A stretch of DNA of 64,000 bases from an uncultured Planctomycetaceae bacterium (GTDB lineage: Bacteria; Planctomycetota; Planctomycetia; Isosphaerales; Isosphaeraceae), in contig CAWIAD010000002.1 of the NCBI GenBank assembly GCA_963833985.1, forward strand, positions 6,400,001 to 6,464,000, written 5' to 3'. Within the stretch, counting starts at the first letter, position 1; every line of letters starts with the position of its first letter. Of this stretch, positions 31,577 through 44,330 are shown piece by piece. The notes beneath the pieces are model-generated. The model was not told the DNA's origin. It saw nothing but the letters and a program-made list of their open reading frames with translations, and made no database searches. Position numbers and translations under genes: made by a program.

Positions 31577-31950
31577 CCGATGCGGCTCTTCCTGATACTT
31601 TCCCGCCGTCTTGACCAGTCTCATCACTGGATCAAGTCATGCTTGAAATGACGGAGCTGTCGTTCTGGCCAGCAGAGGCGTGTCCGCTCGCGCAGGAAAC
31701 TCCGGGCCGCTCCCGGCGGATGCCGAGGCAGGTGGCTCATCATGCCGCGGGTCGGGTTGCAAGGACGGTGGTTCCGCGAGGAGGCCGCGGCTCGCCTGGC
31801 CGTGCAGGCTTCCTCCCCCCGGGCTCGATGCAAAGCTGCCCGCGGGGCCCGTCCGGAGTCGTTCTCCGGCCGGCGAGTTAAGGATCGACTCGCACGGGGG
31901 AAATCATTGCCTCGATGACTTCCCCGGATCAACCCTGGAAGATCGCTCGA

Positions 31951-32739
31951 ATGAACAAAATTCCTTTCGCCCTGGCCCTGGGGGCTGGTCTCGTGCTGAG
32001 CTTGGCCGGCCCGTCTGCCCATGCTGCTCCTATCGTCCAGCAGCTCGCCACACCCACGATGACGTCGACGGAGTTCAACAGCCTGTTCCAGCCGATCTCC
32101 GGCGCTGCGCCCATCATGTCATCGTACCAGTTCATGAACACCCCCGTCACCGGTATGGTGGACTCGCAGGTGTTCAAGGGCACAGGCGCCGCCGCGGGGC
32201 TGTACGCCTATGCCTACCAGATTGCCGTCAACAACGTCTCGGACACGAGCGGCCAGACGACCTCGGTCAACAGCGCCTCGCTCATCTTCAACAGCACGCC
32301 GACCCCGGCCAGCTTCAAGGCCGGCACCGCAGCGTCCTCCGTCTACGTCGTTCCCACCGGACAGGTCGGCAGCCTGAACCTCCCCCAGGCCGCGCCGGGG
32401 AGCATGATCCAGACGCCCACGTCCGTGGCGTGGATGCCCGGCAGCAAGACCGGCGCACTGACGTTCCAGTATCTCGACGCGGCGCAGAACACCGGCCCTC
32501 TCCAGGCCGGAGCCAACAGCGCGACGATCGTCGTGCTGTCGAGCCAGCCATTCACCACCCAGCCGGTCAGCCTTCAGAATGCCGACCCGCAGATCGGCTA
32601 CCCCTCCGCCTACTCCGCGCAGGGCGGCACGATCCAGGAAGTTCCCGTCCCCGAGCCGGCCACCGCCCTGGCCTGGGCCGGGATGATCGGCGCCGTGGCC
32701 CTGGTGCGGCGCGTCCGCAAGAACCGCCAGGCGGCCTGA
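31951..32739 (+). CDS. PEP-CTERM sorting domain protein
   Basis: Signal peptide; C-terminal VPEPATALAW + TM helix + RRVRK. Confidence 0.9.
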   Translation: MNKIPFALALGAGLVLSLAGPSAHAAPIVQQLATPTMTSTEFNSLFQPISGAAPIMSSYQFMNTPVTGMVDSQVFKGTGAAAGLYAYAYQIAVNNVSDTSGQTTSVNSASLIFNSTPTPASFKAGTAASSVYVVPTGQVGSLNLPQAAPGSMIQTPTSVAWMPGSKTGALTFQYLDAAQNTGPLQAGANSATIVVLSSQPFTTQPVSLQNADPQIGYPSAYSAQGGTIQEVPVPEPATALAWAGMIGAVALVRRVRKNRQAA

Positions 32740-32774
32740 TGCGACCGCAGATCCTCTGCAACCGAAAAACCCTC

Positions 32775-32818
32775 CGGCTCCCGGCGACCTCCCTGAAGTC
32801 GCCGGGCCGTTTCGTTTT
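32775..32818 (+). terminator. Intrinsic terminator
   Basis: CCCGGCGAC/GTCGCCGGG stem followed by TTTCGTTTT. Confidence 0.6.
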
Positions 32819-33189
32819 CAGAACGGGATCATGCATCGGGAGTCGTTTCCCTGTTTCCTGTGCCTGCCTTGTGGCGCAGCGTCCTCTCCGGTCCAGGGCG
32901 GGGCACTGTCTCATCTGCCCACTCCGGTCAGCAGGGTCGCCCCGCCCAGGTCATCAGAGCAATAGAATTAACATATATAAATTAAATTGAGCACGAATTC
33001 TTTCCTGCGAGTTCGTGAGCCCTCACCTGGGGCCGTGCCAGCGGTCATGATCCATGCGGCTCAGTATGAAAGGAGACGTTGAGCAGTCAGCCATGCGGAA
33101 GTGAATGGCTATGAGATTGACAAGGATGTTTCGATTCGAGCCAATCTGATGAGCATTGAAGCCAGGTCTGCTCTCGGAAGGTTAACCGG

Positions 33190-34080
33190 ATGACACCTGT
33201 TCGGATCGGAAAACCGCGGCTGCCTCTCTCGTTCATGCTGTTCGTGCTCTGGGGGCTCTTCATCCTTTATGGCACGACGATTCCATTGGTTTTCTCGGCG
33301 TCCTCGGACCAGGTGATAGCAAAAGTTCACCAGGCCTTCGATCGGCCCGGGCAGGCTTCGTCGCGCATGGACATCATGAGCAATGTGCTTCTCTTTCTAT
33401 TGTGTGGATTTCTCTGCGCGATCTGGCTTGCAGGGCGTGGTGTTGGCGACGTCCCGGCCGCCGTCGCCGCTTCCCTCGCGGGGTTGGCGATCAGCGGATT
33501 CGTGGAAACGATTCAGCTCTTCGCTCCCTCGCGTACCACCTCGCTCATCGACCTGGCGACCAATTTCTCCGGATCGGTGGGAGGCCGCCTGATCGGCTGG
33601 CCTCTGGCGCGATGGGCCAGCCCATTGGCCGTACCCTGGTTGAAACGATTGGTTGCCGCGAGGCCCATGCTTTCGATGGCCTTGCTTGCCGCGGGTGGTC
33701 TGATGCTCTTTGAGCGCGCTCCATATGACGTGAGCATCGACGTCGGCGATTTGAAAGCGGCAATCAAGTCGGCGCGACTGGTTCCGTTTGGTCCTGCCGT
33801 GGACTGATCTGAAGTTGCAGCGGAACCCTGGTCATGGACCAGCGAGACGCTCACCTGGATGCTGGCGGGCGGACTTTTCGTGCTCGCGTTCAGGGAAGCC
33901 GGGCGAACGGGAACCCGGGCCAGCGCCGCCAGCGCACTGGTTGCGGCCATTTTACCTCTGGCAAGCGGGGCAAATGCTGTGCGACCCGTCCCGAGGTGTC
34001 GCAAAGTATCGCGTCGGCACGGTCAATCGCCCGGCCTGACGCGAGGCGGCCCGATTGGGTCGGCTCATCGAGCACAGTAA
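33190..34080 (+). pseudogene. VanZ family membrane protein with an in-frame stop and degraded 3' end
   Basis: DIMSNVLLF, VETIQLFAPSRTTSLIDLATN; TGA at 33805-33807 with same-frame hydrophobic continuation. Confidence 0.7.
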
Positions 34081-34619
34081 AACACGGTGCATTTTTGCAA
34101 CTCATTGCATGCATTTCGTGTTTGCGCCGCTTTAATTGGCGTGCGTTGCAATCTGCGTTTCGCTCTGATCCTGGATGATTCATCTCATCGAGGCAGACTG
34201 AATGAGACGGTGTGGCTGCTATCACAACGCAGTGGGGGCATGCGTTGATGAATTCTTGGACTTGCCGGGATGGCCCAGTTAGGCATGCTTTCTCGCGCCG
34301 TTTGCTCCGGATTCTTCTACATTCGAGCGTCAAAAAAGTCTTTTGTTCTTGAATCTCCGTTCCCGACGCGGTATAACGGCCTCAATCATTGTACCCTCTA
34401 TGATATCACCCAATGCAGTAAAGGCCCAAACACGCGCGATGAGACTCAAACGACACTCGCGGCGCGCGACAAGGCCGACTGAATCGATTTGCTGTCGCTC
34501 CGGAAGCACCAGGTTTCTGATCAACGAGCTGGCTAAGCGATCGAAGTCTACATTGCCGTGAAGTTTCGCGTGAACGGATCGCAATTCTTGGGTGGCACAC
34601 TACCACGCGGAGCCCGACC

Positions 34620-35402
34620 ATGCTCACGGGCAGCTGGAATGAGGATTCAATCGTGCAAGCGGCACCACCGGTGTATCAAATGACACGGCACGTATCCTTC
34701 GAACGGATCAGAGCTGCGGTCAACATCAGTGTTGCGAGTGTCTCGCTCGTGCTCACGTCGCCACTTATTTTGCTTTGCATGATCGCTGTACGCCTCAGTT
34801 CCAGGGGACCGGCGGTCTACTCACAGAAGCGACTGGGGTCGAAGGGCCGGATCTTCACGATCTACAAGATCCGGACAATGCACCTGGACAGCGAGCGCTA
34901 CCATGGCCCGGTGTGGTCGGGCCCGGGAGATCCGCGGGTCACTCGGATCGGGAGATTCCTGAGGGCGACGCATCTTGACGAGCTTCCGCAACTCTTCAAC
35001 GTGGTGCGCGGCGACATGAGCCTGATCGGTCCCCGGCCCGAGCGGCCGGAGATTGTGGCCCAGCTCGATCGCTGCCTCCCCGGCTATCGAGATCGGCTCC
35101 TTGTTCCACCCGGACTGACCGGTCTGGCCCAGGTACTCCAGGGCCCTGATACCAGCCTTCGTGGTGTCAGCACCAAGTTGCGCTATGACCTTTACTACCT
35201 GGACAACCAGGGAATCTGGCTTGATCTGCGGATCGCGCTTGCCACCTTGTTCCACCTCGCGCGGACACCCGGCCCGATCGTGGCCCGGCTGTTCGGCTTC
35301 CCGATTTACGATCGGCTCCCCGTTGAGGAGATCCCCCAGGGAGAGCCCGTTGTTGTCAGCGCACGTATCCGTACGGACTACGTGAACAGCGCCGCGATGT
35401 GA
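34620..35402 (+). CDS. Polyprenyl glycosylphosphotransferase (bacterial sugar transferase)
   Basis: [55 protein letters not shown]. Confidence 0.92.
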   Translation: MLTGSWNEDSIVQAAPPVYQMTRHVSFERIRAAVNISVASVSLVLTSPLILLCMIAVRLSSRGPAVYSQKRLGSKGRIFTIYKIRTMHLDSERYHGPVWSGPGDPRVTRIGRFLRATHLDELPQLFNVVRGDMSLIGPRPERPEIVAQLDRCLPGYRDRLLVPPGLTGLAQVLQGPDTSLRGVSTKLRYDLYYLDNQGIWLDLRIALATLFHLARTPGPIVARLFGFPIYDRLPVEEIPQGEPVVVSARIRTDYVNSAAM

Positions 35403-35493
35403 GGCGATCGAGCGCCTGCGTGCTGCATCGTCCACCTCCCATGATGGGCTTCCAGAAACAACAGTCGGCCCTCCCAAGATTGCGCGGTGCCTC

Positions 35494-38400
35494 ATGAGAA
35501 AGCTGAATCTGGTTTTCCTGGCGAGCCTCGTTGCGGCGTTTCTGGTGCTGGGCGGCGGCGCGTACGTTGTTCGCCGCTGGCAGGTGCAACGCAATGTGTC
35601 GGCGTTGCTCGCCCGGGCCGAGCGCGAGCAGCAGCAAGGCCAGAGTGCCAGGGCGGTGGAAACGCTCAAGCAGTACGTCAACTTGCGGCCCGACGACAAC
35701 GCGGGGTGGCGCACGTACGCCCGGCTGATGGATGAGACGACGGACGCCCCGCGGCGCCGGGAAGAAACTTACCTGGTGTATCAGGAGGCCCTGAACCACA
35801 ACCCGGGCGACCTGGAGCTGCAGCGACGCAGCGTGGACCTGGCCCTGGAGCTGCGGCCGGAACGGACCAGCGACGCCAGGCGCTTCCTGAAGGACCTGAT
35901 TGGCCATGCGGCCGAGAAGCTGGAGAAGAGCCAGGACGCCACCAAGGCCGCCAGCGCCGCTCTCGAGCTGGCGGAGCTGAAGGAGCTCGACGCCAAGTGC
36001 CTGCTTCTGGATGCCGACTTCCCGGCGGCGGCGAGCGAGTTCGAGGAGGCGATCTCGTACGATCCGAGCCGGCTTTTCTGCTACGTCCAGCTTGCCCGGC
36101 TGGAGCGCGGGTCACTGGGCAAGGATCCCAGGGAGGCCGACCGCGAGATCGACTGGATGATCGCCGGCAACCCGGGCTCGGGCCTGCGCTCGTCTCGAGC
36201 GGTTCCATTATCTCGCGGAGTTCCACCCGCCCGCGCCGGTTGCCGATCTGGAGCAGGCCCTGCAACTGGCTCCCGAGGACTCCGATGTCCTGCTGACAGC
36301 GGCCCTGGCTGCGGAGCAGAAAAAGGACCTGTCCGCTGCGCGGGGTTATCTCGAGAAGGGGCTGAAGCGGCATGCCGGGAATATCGCCTTCCCGATCGCA
36401 CTGGCCGAGCTGGAGACTCGTGATGGGCAGCTTGACCGGGCCGAGGCGGTACTGCGGCAGGCCGATCAGGCGAATCCCTCTCTCGATCTGGCCTTCCGGC
36501 TGGCGGAGACGCTGATCGCGGAAAACAAGATCGACGGCGAGAACCAGGCCGAAAGCTACATCAAGCGCCTGCGTGAGGCCGGGCTGGGCGAGACGCTGGG
36601 CCGCTACCTGGAAGCGAAGATCCTCTACCAGCGCAAGCAGTGGGCCGACGCGATCCCCAAGATCGAATCGGCGCGAACCTTCCTGAATACGCTCCCCCGG
36701 CTCGCTGCCACGCTCAATCGCATGCTCGTTGAGTGCTACGGCCGCGTCGGGGCCGAGGAGCAGAGGCTCCGGGCGCTGCGGGACGTGGCGGAGAACCGGC
36801 TCGCGGGCGAATCGACGCGCGTCGAGTACGCCCGCTCACTGGCTCGGGCCGGCAAGCTGGATGACGCGATCGCGGTGCTCATTCCGCTGGCGGAGCGCCA
36901 GGCCGAGGTGAAAGTCGATCTGCTTGAGGCACTGGTTCAGAAAGCCAGCCGAATTCCGGGGGACCCGGCTGCGTGGCGTGAAGTGGAGCGTCAGCTCGGC
37001 CTCGCCGAGAAGGCGCTGCCCGGTTCGATCGAGCGGCTGACGCTGCTGCGAGCCGACATGCTGGTGGCCCGGAAGCGGATGGACGAGGCGCAAAAGCTTT
37101 TGACGGAGGCCGAGGCGAAGGACCCGCGCAATCTTCCTTACCGGCTGGCGCTTGCGCGGCTCTCCCAGCGCCAGGGGAAGGGAGCGGAACCACTGAAGAT
37201 TCTCGACGAGGCGGAGAAGGACCTGGGGCCGAGCCTGGCGATCCAGCTTGCCCGCCTGAGCCTCTGGGGGCGGCAAGGTGATGAAGCCGCGAAGGCGGCC
37301 GTGGCGAAGCTGGCGGAGACGCGGCAGCAGGTGGCGGCCGCCGATCGCCCCGCGCTTCTGGACCGTCTGGCCCTGACCGAGATCCGGCTCAACGAACTGG
37401 CCCTGGCGCGACAGCATTACCAGGAGCTGGCGGCTCTCGAGCCGGAGAACATCCCTGTTCGTCTTGCTCTGTTTGACCTGGCCATCGAAGCTGGCGACCA
37501 GACCGGTGCGGGCGACCTGGTGAATGAAATTCGCAAGCTCGAAGGAGACAAGGGGACCCGGTGGCGGTTCGCGCAGGCGGCCTTGCAGATCGACCGGGCG
37601 CTGCGAGGATCCTCAAGCAACCTGGACGAAGCCCGGTCCCTGGCCGCCGAGATCGCCGCGCAGCGCCCGGACTGGTGGGCCGGCCCGACACTCAATGGTC
37701 GGCTCGCCGAGCTTGCCGGCTCTCCTGACCTGGCGATCGAGCAGTATCTCCACGCGATCGAACTCGGAAACGCTCAGGTGCCTCTTGCGCAGGCTCGTGA
37801 GCATGCTCAGCCTGCGGAATCGTTGGGCCGATGTCGACCGCGTGTCGAAGCTGCTGGGCGAGCGGGACGTCGTCCTGGATGACATCACGCTCATCAAGGC
37901 CCAGGAAGCCATCCGCAAGCAAGATTACGACCAGGGAATCGCGCTGGCCCGCCAGGTCTTCCCTGACAATTCGACGAGCGCTGCGGATCACCTCGTGCTG
38001 GGCGATTTCTATGCGGCCGCGGGCCAGAGTGGTGCCGCGGGCAAGGAATTTCGCCGCGCCGTGGAGCTTGGTCCGGGGTTGCCGGGCACATGGCTAAGCT
38101 ACGTCCGGTACCTTGTCCAGGGCAGGCAAATCGACCAGGCCAGGACGACGATTGAAGCAGCGCGAAAGGCCTTGCCCGCCTCTCAGGCCACTTTGCCACT
38201 GGCCGAGTGCTGGATCGCTGTCCGCGACTTCAGGCAGGCCGAGGCATTGATCGGCAAGGCCCTGAATGAGGAAGGCAAGTCCGCCGATCCGAACACGCTC
38301 AAGACCGCCGCCATCGTCGCTCTCGGTCAGGACCGCCGCGACAAGGTTGATGACTACCTGAACAAGCTTGATGGGCTCGCGAACCTCTCCACGAGCGACC

Positions 38401-39707
38401 GGGCCTGGGTCAACCGCGTTCGGGTCTCACTCCTGAACGCGGGCCGACTGGCCGACCAGGATCAGGCACTCGGGCTGATCGAGGAAAACCTGAAAACCGA
38501 TCCCAGCAGCGTCGAGGACCTGCGGCTCAAGGCCACCCTTCTCGCGCGTCGACCCAGCCGGCGTGTCGAGGCTCTGCGTCTCCTCGAACCGCTCGAGAGT
38601 GCGAACCGGCTGGATGCCAACGAGCAATTCCTGCTGGCCCAGCTCTACCTGGCCCAGCACGATGAGCAGAAGTACCAGGACGAGATGTTCAAGCTGCTGA
38701 AGTCCAGGACCAGGAGCCCGCAGCACCTGGCCCACTTTGTCAGGTACTGGATCGGCCAGAAACAGTTCGACCAGGCCGATCGCTGGCTGGGCGAGCTCAA
38801 GAAGACCGAGCCCCGCGGCGTCGCGGCCCTGGAGCTGGAGGCCAGTCTCCTCGACCTGCGGAAGCGCAGGCCGCAGTTGCTGACGCTGCTGCAGTCGCGC
38901 GGCCGCGAGGTCCCCGACCAGATCGGCATCGTGGCCGACCTCCTGAGTCATTATGGGTTCGCGAAGGAGGCCGAGGCCGCCTACAAGGCCTTCGCGGCCC
39001 GCGACCCGAAGCAGCCGGAACGGATGCTCCCCCTGGCCCAGTTCCTGGCCCGTCAGGATCGTGCCGAAGAGGCCATGGCGATCTTCCAGAATGCCTGTAG
39101 AACGTGCCCTCCCGAACAGGTCGCCGCCACCTCTCTGTCGCTCTACGACGCTCCCTCCGCGAACGAGACTCAGAAGCGCCAGGTGGAAGCCTGGACGGCC
39201 CAGGCCGTGCAGTCGCACCCCGACTCGGCCATGTTCACATCCAATCTGGCGGGAATCCTCATCCGCCAGGCCCGTTTCGATGAGGCCGAGGCGCTTTGCC
39301 GCCGCGCCCTGGCCAGCAACCCCGATAACGCGGGAGCGCTCAACACGCTGGCCTGGCTGCTCGCGCTGCGAGATCAGGGCAAGGGCCAGGAGGCGATCGA
39401 GCACATCGATCGCGCCATCGAGATCGTGGGAGAGAATCCTTCTCTGCTCGATACCCGGGCCGTCGCCCGCATCAGCGCGGGGCAGGCCGGTCAGGCCGTG
39501 GAGGAACTGCTCGCGCTCCGCAGGCAGGCTCCCTGGAAGCTGAACTTCGTGCTCCACCTGGCCTGGGCCTATCAGGCGAAGGGACAAACGGAGCAGGCTC
39601 GCACGGAACTCCAGGATGCCGAGAAGCTCGGCCTGAAACCCCAGGTACTCGATCCGCTCGAGCTTGCCGTGCTCCAGCGGCTCCGGAAGGAGCTGTTTCC
39701 CGGCTAG
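35494..39707 (+). CDS. Very large TPR protein with an N-terminal membrane anchor (frameshifts near 36190 and 37780)
   Basis: N-terminal TM helix; TPR repeats continue across three frames; ALNTLAWLLA...LLDTRA near the C-terminus. Confidence 0.82.
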
Positions 39708-39992
39708 CTCCAGGGCGATCGACAGGGCGCAACGATCATTCCTCGATTCGATGCCGTTCGGATCTTCGGATTTGATCAACGGAATCCAGGACCAGGGCAG
39801 AACGAGGGATCACAAGGAAAGGAGGGGAACCCGACAGCAAAGAAACGTGTCCGGATTGACCGGGAGCGCCTGGTGCTCTCCGTCAACAGGTAAAAACTCG
39901 CAAGCTTTGATATGAGTTCAGTGTTCGACATGGGATGAAGCGTTGAACTTCTCAACGCGGTCCCAGTGCATCTTTCCCAAGGGGATTTCAAC

Positions 39993-40691
39993 ATGAGACG
40001 CGCGATTGGAATGTTTCGGATGATGGCACGTTGCCTGCTGGGCATCGTCGCTCTCGCAGCGATCAGTCTGGCGCTGCCGGGATCGGTCAAGGCCGACACG
40101 TATTCGGTCTCTGTCTGGTTAAACACGAGTGCGGCGTCGAACGCCAAACTCCCCGCCCCGTCGGGTACAGCCGATGTCACGTTCACGACGACGGCGATCA
40201 ACTTCCAGCTTGGAGGGACGCAGGCCGACGCCACGGTCGGACAGTGGCTCAGCAGCCTCATCGGTGGCACTGAGAGTAATATCACCTACAATAACGGTGC
40301 CAGCGCATCATCCGCGTTCACCACTAAGGGTGACCTGGTTAATGGCTCCTACGTCCTGTTCACCGGCTCCACCGGTCTGGCCGCCGGCACCAATTCGTTC
40401 ACCGTTCATCACGACGACGGGGCGTCACTCTATATCGGTTCGACACAGGTGTTCAGTGCACCTGGGCCAACCTCGGAAGAGACCAGCACCGGCACGTATA
40501 ACGCCGCTGCCAACGGAGTCTACGGCTTTAGCCTGGCGTATGGCGAAGTGAACGGCACGCCCGCCATCATCGACTTCGCCCCGAATCCCGTCCCCGAACC
40601 CAGCACGCTGGCCATCGCCGGCCTCGGTGCCCTTGGCTTCGGTGCCTACCACTACCGGCGGCGCCGCCGCACGGGCAAGGCCTCAGCCTGA
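39993..40691 (+). CDS. PEP-CTERM protein with a PA14-like domain
   Basis: Signal peptide; HHDDGASLYIG; VPEPSTL + TM helix + RRRRR. Confidence 0.9.
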   Translation: MRRAIGMFRMMARCLLGIVALAAISLALPGSVKADTYSVSVWLNTSAASNAKLPAPSGTADVTFTTTAINFQLGGTQADATVGQWLSSLIGGTESNITYNNGASASSAFTTKGDLVNGSYVLFTGSTGLAAGTNSFTVHHDDGASLYIGSTQVFSAPGPTSEETSTGTYNAAANGVYGFSLAYGEVNGTPAIIDFAPNPVPEPSTLAIAGLGALGFGAYHYRRRRRTGKASA

Positions 40692-40730
40692 CCTGAGCGA
40701 TCTTCTTCTCACGTCGTGATCGATTCCGAG

Positions 40731-40764
40731 GCTGCCCACTGCCCGCGCGGTGGGCAGCTTTTTT
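40731..40764 (+). terminator. Intrinsic terminator
   Basis: GCTGCCCAC/GTGGGCAGC stem followed by TTTTTT. Confidence 0.8.
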
Positions 40765-40776
40765 CTGCTACTCCCC

Positions 40777-42846
40777 TCACCGCTCCGCCCCCTGGTCTTC
40801 AGCAAATCGCTGGAGATCAAGAACCAGGTACTCGTCCTGGTCGAAGAGCCGATGCCGCGTCTGGCTCAGGTCCTTCAAGCTGGCGAAGATGTCCAGGACG
40901 TCGCGGGTATGGCAATTCAACCAGGAATCGAGGCTGCGCCAGTCCCAGATCTTCCCCTTGGCGGCGATCTTCTCCCATACCTTGATGTTGTAAAGAACCG
41001 AGTGATTGCTGATGCGGAAGGCGATGTAGCGAATGGACAGAGACGAGAGATAGCGCGCCAGACCCTCCGGCCCCTTCCCGAGCGGAAACCCGGGCGGTGG
41101 ACTGACGCTGCCAGGCCAGTCGAAGATGCAGACCGTATTGCGCCGGAAGTCAAGCCGGTACGGCTCATCGAGTATCACGAGCAGCTTCTCGCCGGGCGGC
41201 ACGGCGCTCTGGATCTGCTGGTAAAGGACGTCGGATCGTTCGGAGCGGATCGGCGCTGTCGAGAGTGCGGTGGCGGCCAACCGGATCCTGCCGAGGTAGA
41301 ACCGGCCGATGTCTCCCTGGTGCACGTGAAGCTGAATGGCGATCGCGCAGAGTGTAAGGATGGGCGCGATCCGATCAACCGGCGCACGCTCGCGCCACTG
41401 GCGTTCTGCGAGCGCCGGGATCGTTTCCAGGCAGACCGCGAGCACGCAGGGTAAGATCACCGGGAGTTGATAGCGGCTCGTGGTCCCAAAATCGCCGCAG
41501 AATGGGGCCGCCCCCCAGCTCATGGCCAGGGCGCTCAGCGCGCAACCAAGCAGGAAAACCTTCAGGACGTGCTGCGAGCGCCGGCCGGTCATGAGGGCAC
41601 CGGCCAGGAAAAAGGTGAGCGGCGAGCTGATCGTCCCCTCTCGAAACAGGGTGGCTCGCGCCACGAAGCGGAGCCGGTCGGCAAGCGGGATTGCGGGCAT
41701 CAGGCTGACCTCGTGCCCCCCCCCGCCGACAAGGAGGGGGAAGAGGAAGGTCCCACAGGAGCGCAGGCTGAGGATCCACCAGGGGGCCAGCAGCGCCGCG
41801 CCGACGAGCGCGACCCGGACTGCCTGGCCCGCCCACCTCCAGCGGTCCGCACGCGGCGCCTGCATGGCGAACAGGAGAAGGCCAAGCCCCGTGATCACGG
41901 TGGCAGGGACGAGGTGAGTTTGGCGAAGCGTCACGGCCGCGGCCGGGAACAGGGCTAACCCAGCGGCGCTGCGCCACCCGAGCCTCCGACCGGCCTCGTC
42001 CTGCTCCTTGAGCACACGCAGGAGTCCGAAAAAGCAGACGCAACCGGTGAACGAGGTGGCCATGTTGTGGCTTGGTCGCAAAATGATGAGGAGCAGGAGC
42101 AGCGCGCTCATCTCCCCGATCCGCTCTGCTCCCGTCCTGCACCGCGCGTAACCCCAGACGAGCCCGGCCAGGATGAGCAGTGCGATGCCCTCGTCCACCA
42201 CATGCAGGCTGGATACGGCAGCACGGGCGAGCACGAGGGCGTCAAGGTAAGATTGACCCCCCAGCGCGGTGATCCGCCGCAGCGAGAAGGGTTCGATGAG
42301 CGTTCCCGAGCCGAGCATCTGCGGCGCGAATTCCAGGTAGGCAACCGAGTCGTCCCAGAGATTGATGTTCGGATCGCCCACGGACATCAGGTAGCAGAGA
42401 GCGAACAGCGACGCGAGCCCGATTGTCCCGATGACGAGGAATGGCCGATTGCGTCGTGATCTCGGCGTCCTCGCGGCGTTCCCCGTGTGCGACAGCGCCC
42501 AGGCGCGCCTGACCTCGTGACGGCCGAGGTAGCCAAGCCCGACGAGGACGACCGCGATGGAGCTCGCGACCGAAACGAGGCAGAGGGCTGCAAGCAGCCC
42601 GCCCAGGACGATCACGAAGGCCAGTCCCAGGGCCGCTCTCAGCCCCCAATCGAAGGCGCACCGCGGGAAGAGCCAACTGCCCAGCGCGGTGCCATACCCG
42701 ATCATGGCTGCCAGCACCGCCAGTCCCCAGAGCGTGGAGCGGAACGGCGCGCCCGGCAGCGCAAGGGCGAGGAGGCACGCCGCGAAGGCGCCCGCACTCG
42801 CCCACAGGAGCCTTGGTTCACTCGCCACAGTCGCCCCCTCGAGCAT
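40777..42846 (-). CDS. Polytopic membrane protein, possibly a GT-C glycosyltransferase
   Basis: More than 12 TM helices, a loop with 'WDDSVAY', adjacent to a GT2 gene. Confidence 0.6.
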   Translation of the reverse strand: MLEGATVASEPRLLWASAGAFAACLLALALPGAPFRSTLWGLAVLAAMIGYGTALGSWLFPRCAFDWGLRAALGLAFVIVLGGLLAALCLVSVASSIAVVLVGLGYLGRHEVRRAWALSHTGNAARTPRSRRNRPFLVIGTIGLASLFALCYLMSVGDPNINLWDDSVAYLEFAPQMLGSGTLIEPFSLRRITALGGQSYLDALVLARAAVSSLHVVDEGIALLILAGLVWGYARCRTGAERIGEMSALLLLLIILRPSHNMATSFTGCVCFFGLLRVLKEQDEAGRRLGWRSAAGLALFPAAAVTLRQTHLVPATVITGLGLLLFAMQAPRADRWRWAGQAVRVALVGAALLAPWWILSLRSCGTFLFPLLVGGGGHEVSLMPAIPLADRLRFVARATLFREGTISSPLTFFLAGALMTGRRSQHVLKVFLLGCALSALAMSWGAAPFCGDFGTTSRYQLPVILPCVLAVCLETIPALAERQWRERAPVDRIAPILTLCAIAIQLHVHQGDIGRFYLGRIRLAATALSTAPIRSERSDVLYQQIQSAVPPGEKLLVILDEPYRLDFRRNTVCIFDWPGSVSPPPGFPLGKGPEGLARYLSSLSIRYIAFRISNHSVLYNIKVWEKIAAKGKIWDWRSLDSWLNCHTRDVLDIFASLKDLSQTRHRLFDQDEYLVLDLQRFAEDQGAER

Positions 42847-42890
42847 CGGGTTCCCTCGTCATGAAGCGCCTCGAACGCTCGGAAGAAAAC

Positions 42891-44330
42891 TCAGCGGGGA
42901 GTTTGTGCCAAGCCTGCCGCCCTTGCCGCGATCCTCTTCGGTGTTCCGACGCGTCCGGGCCGCACCCGCAGGAACCCCACAATGGTCATCTTCAGGAGCA
43001 TCCAGCCGTGTCGGAAGCGGCTGATATTGGTGGTGCCGTAGACCCGTCGGCGATAACGGATGGGCATATCAACGATGCCGAGCGCCAGTATGGCCGCGGG
43101 AAAAAGGAGCTCGAAATCTCCGAAGGGATCAAAGTCACCAAAATCCTCCCGCCACCTCACGAAGCGTGCGTAATCGGCGCGCCGCAGGAGTTTCGTGCCG
43201 CAGAGCGAATCGCCCAGGCGAACGCCCAGCACGGCGCTCAGGGCCTTGGCGAAGAAGATGTTGCCGAGCCGGTTGAGGAAGCGCATGGCATCGCCTTCCA
43301 TGGGATAGGTGAGGCGATTGCCGTTCACGAAATCTCCCAGGCCCCGGCAATAGGCGTCGTAGAACCGGTGCAGCAGTTCGGGAGGCATGGTGAGGTCGGC
43401 GTCCAGGATGGTGAGAAGCTCGCCGCGCGCCTCCGAGAAACCAAGACGTACGGCATCGCTCTTGCCCTTGCCGCTCTGCCGCAGGGCCCTGATCCGGTAG
43501 CGCTCCTGGTAGAACGGGATCACGCGCTGGATCTCCTCCCAGGTGCCGTCGGTGGAGTGTCCCTCGACAAAGATGATCTCCAGATCGACATCGCTGAAGG
43601 AATCGAGCCGCTTCAATGCATTTTCAATATTTCCCCTTTCGTTCCTCGCGGGTATGACTACGCTCAGGGACGGGCGAGTGGCCTCGGGCTGCCGGGCGCG
43701 CAAGACGGCTACCGAGGTCAGCGAGAGCCAGCGAACCAGCGGCACGAGGGGCAGCAGGGCGTTGAAAACGTTGCCCAGGCCCCCGAGGCGCCACGGACAA
43801 TAGACAGCGTTCCGCGTCGAGGTGAGTTCCAGTCCGGCCAGGGTCGCGATACTGGCAAGCCCGGCGCGGCTGAGGAAAGTAGACGGCTTTTCTCCTTTCC
43901 GGATCCCGAGGCGACTGGCCCAGACGTAGAGGAATTGCGTGAAGGGGTTATAGGCGACGAGCACCAGCCGGTCACCACGCCCCATGACGGTCCTCAATCT
44001 GTTCAGTGTCTCCTCGACATCCAGGTCGTAGTTGAGGTTGCCGTTCACCAGGAACACCCTGCTCGACTCTCGCTCCACGCCGACATTGTCACTGCCGTGC
44101 AGAGCGAGGGCCGCCGCTTTTTCAGGACAGTCAATCATTTCAAGGAGAAGGCCGCTGTCGTGCTCACGCGGTTCCACCTGCACCGTGCGATCGTAGTACC
44201 GGGACAGGGCAGAGATCTCCGCGGCGAGCAAGGAATTGACATACCTTCGCCAGGCGGGATGTCTTGCGGAGTGGGAACGGACAGGGGCTTCCGGGACCAG
44301 GTGTTCCGCTCTGACTGCTTTCGATTCCAT
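42891..44330 (-). CDS. GT2 glycosyltransferase with a degenerate methyltransferase-like N-terminal domain
   Basis: SVVIPARNERGNI, VEGHSTDGT, ILDADLT, DSLCGTK. Confidence 0.88.
   Translation of the reverse strand: MESKAVRAEHLVPEAPVRSHSARHPAWRRYVNSLLAAEISALSRYYDRTVQVEPREHDSGLLLEMIDCPEKAAALALHGSDNVGVERESSRVFLVNGNLNYDLDVEETLNRLRTVMGRGDRLVLVAYNPFTQFLYVWASRLGIRKGEKPSTFLSRAGLASIATLAGLELTSTRNAVYCPWRLGGLGNVFNALLPLVPLVRWLSLTSVAVLRARQPEATRPSLSVVIPARNERGNIENALKRLDSFSDVDLEIIFVEGHSTDGTWEEIQRVIPFYQERYRIRALRQSGKGKSDAVRLGFSEARGELLTILDADLTMPPELLHRFYDAYCRGLGDFVNGNRLTYPMEGDAMRFLNRLGNIFFAKALSAVLGVRLGDSLCGTKLLRRADYARFVRWREDFGDFDPFGDFELLFPAAILALGIVDMPIRYRRRVYGTTNISRFRHGWMLLKMTIVGFLRVRPGRVGTPKRIAARAAGLAQTPR

Noticed and set aside
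40023..40038. Sigma54-like TGGCACG-N4-CTGCT
   Set aside because: It lies inside the signal-peptide coding region of the PEP-CTERM gene, so it is probably chance.
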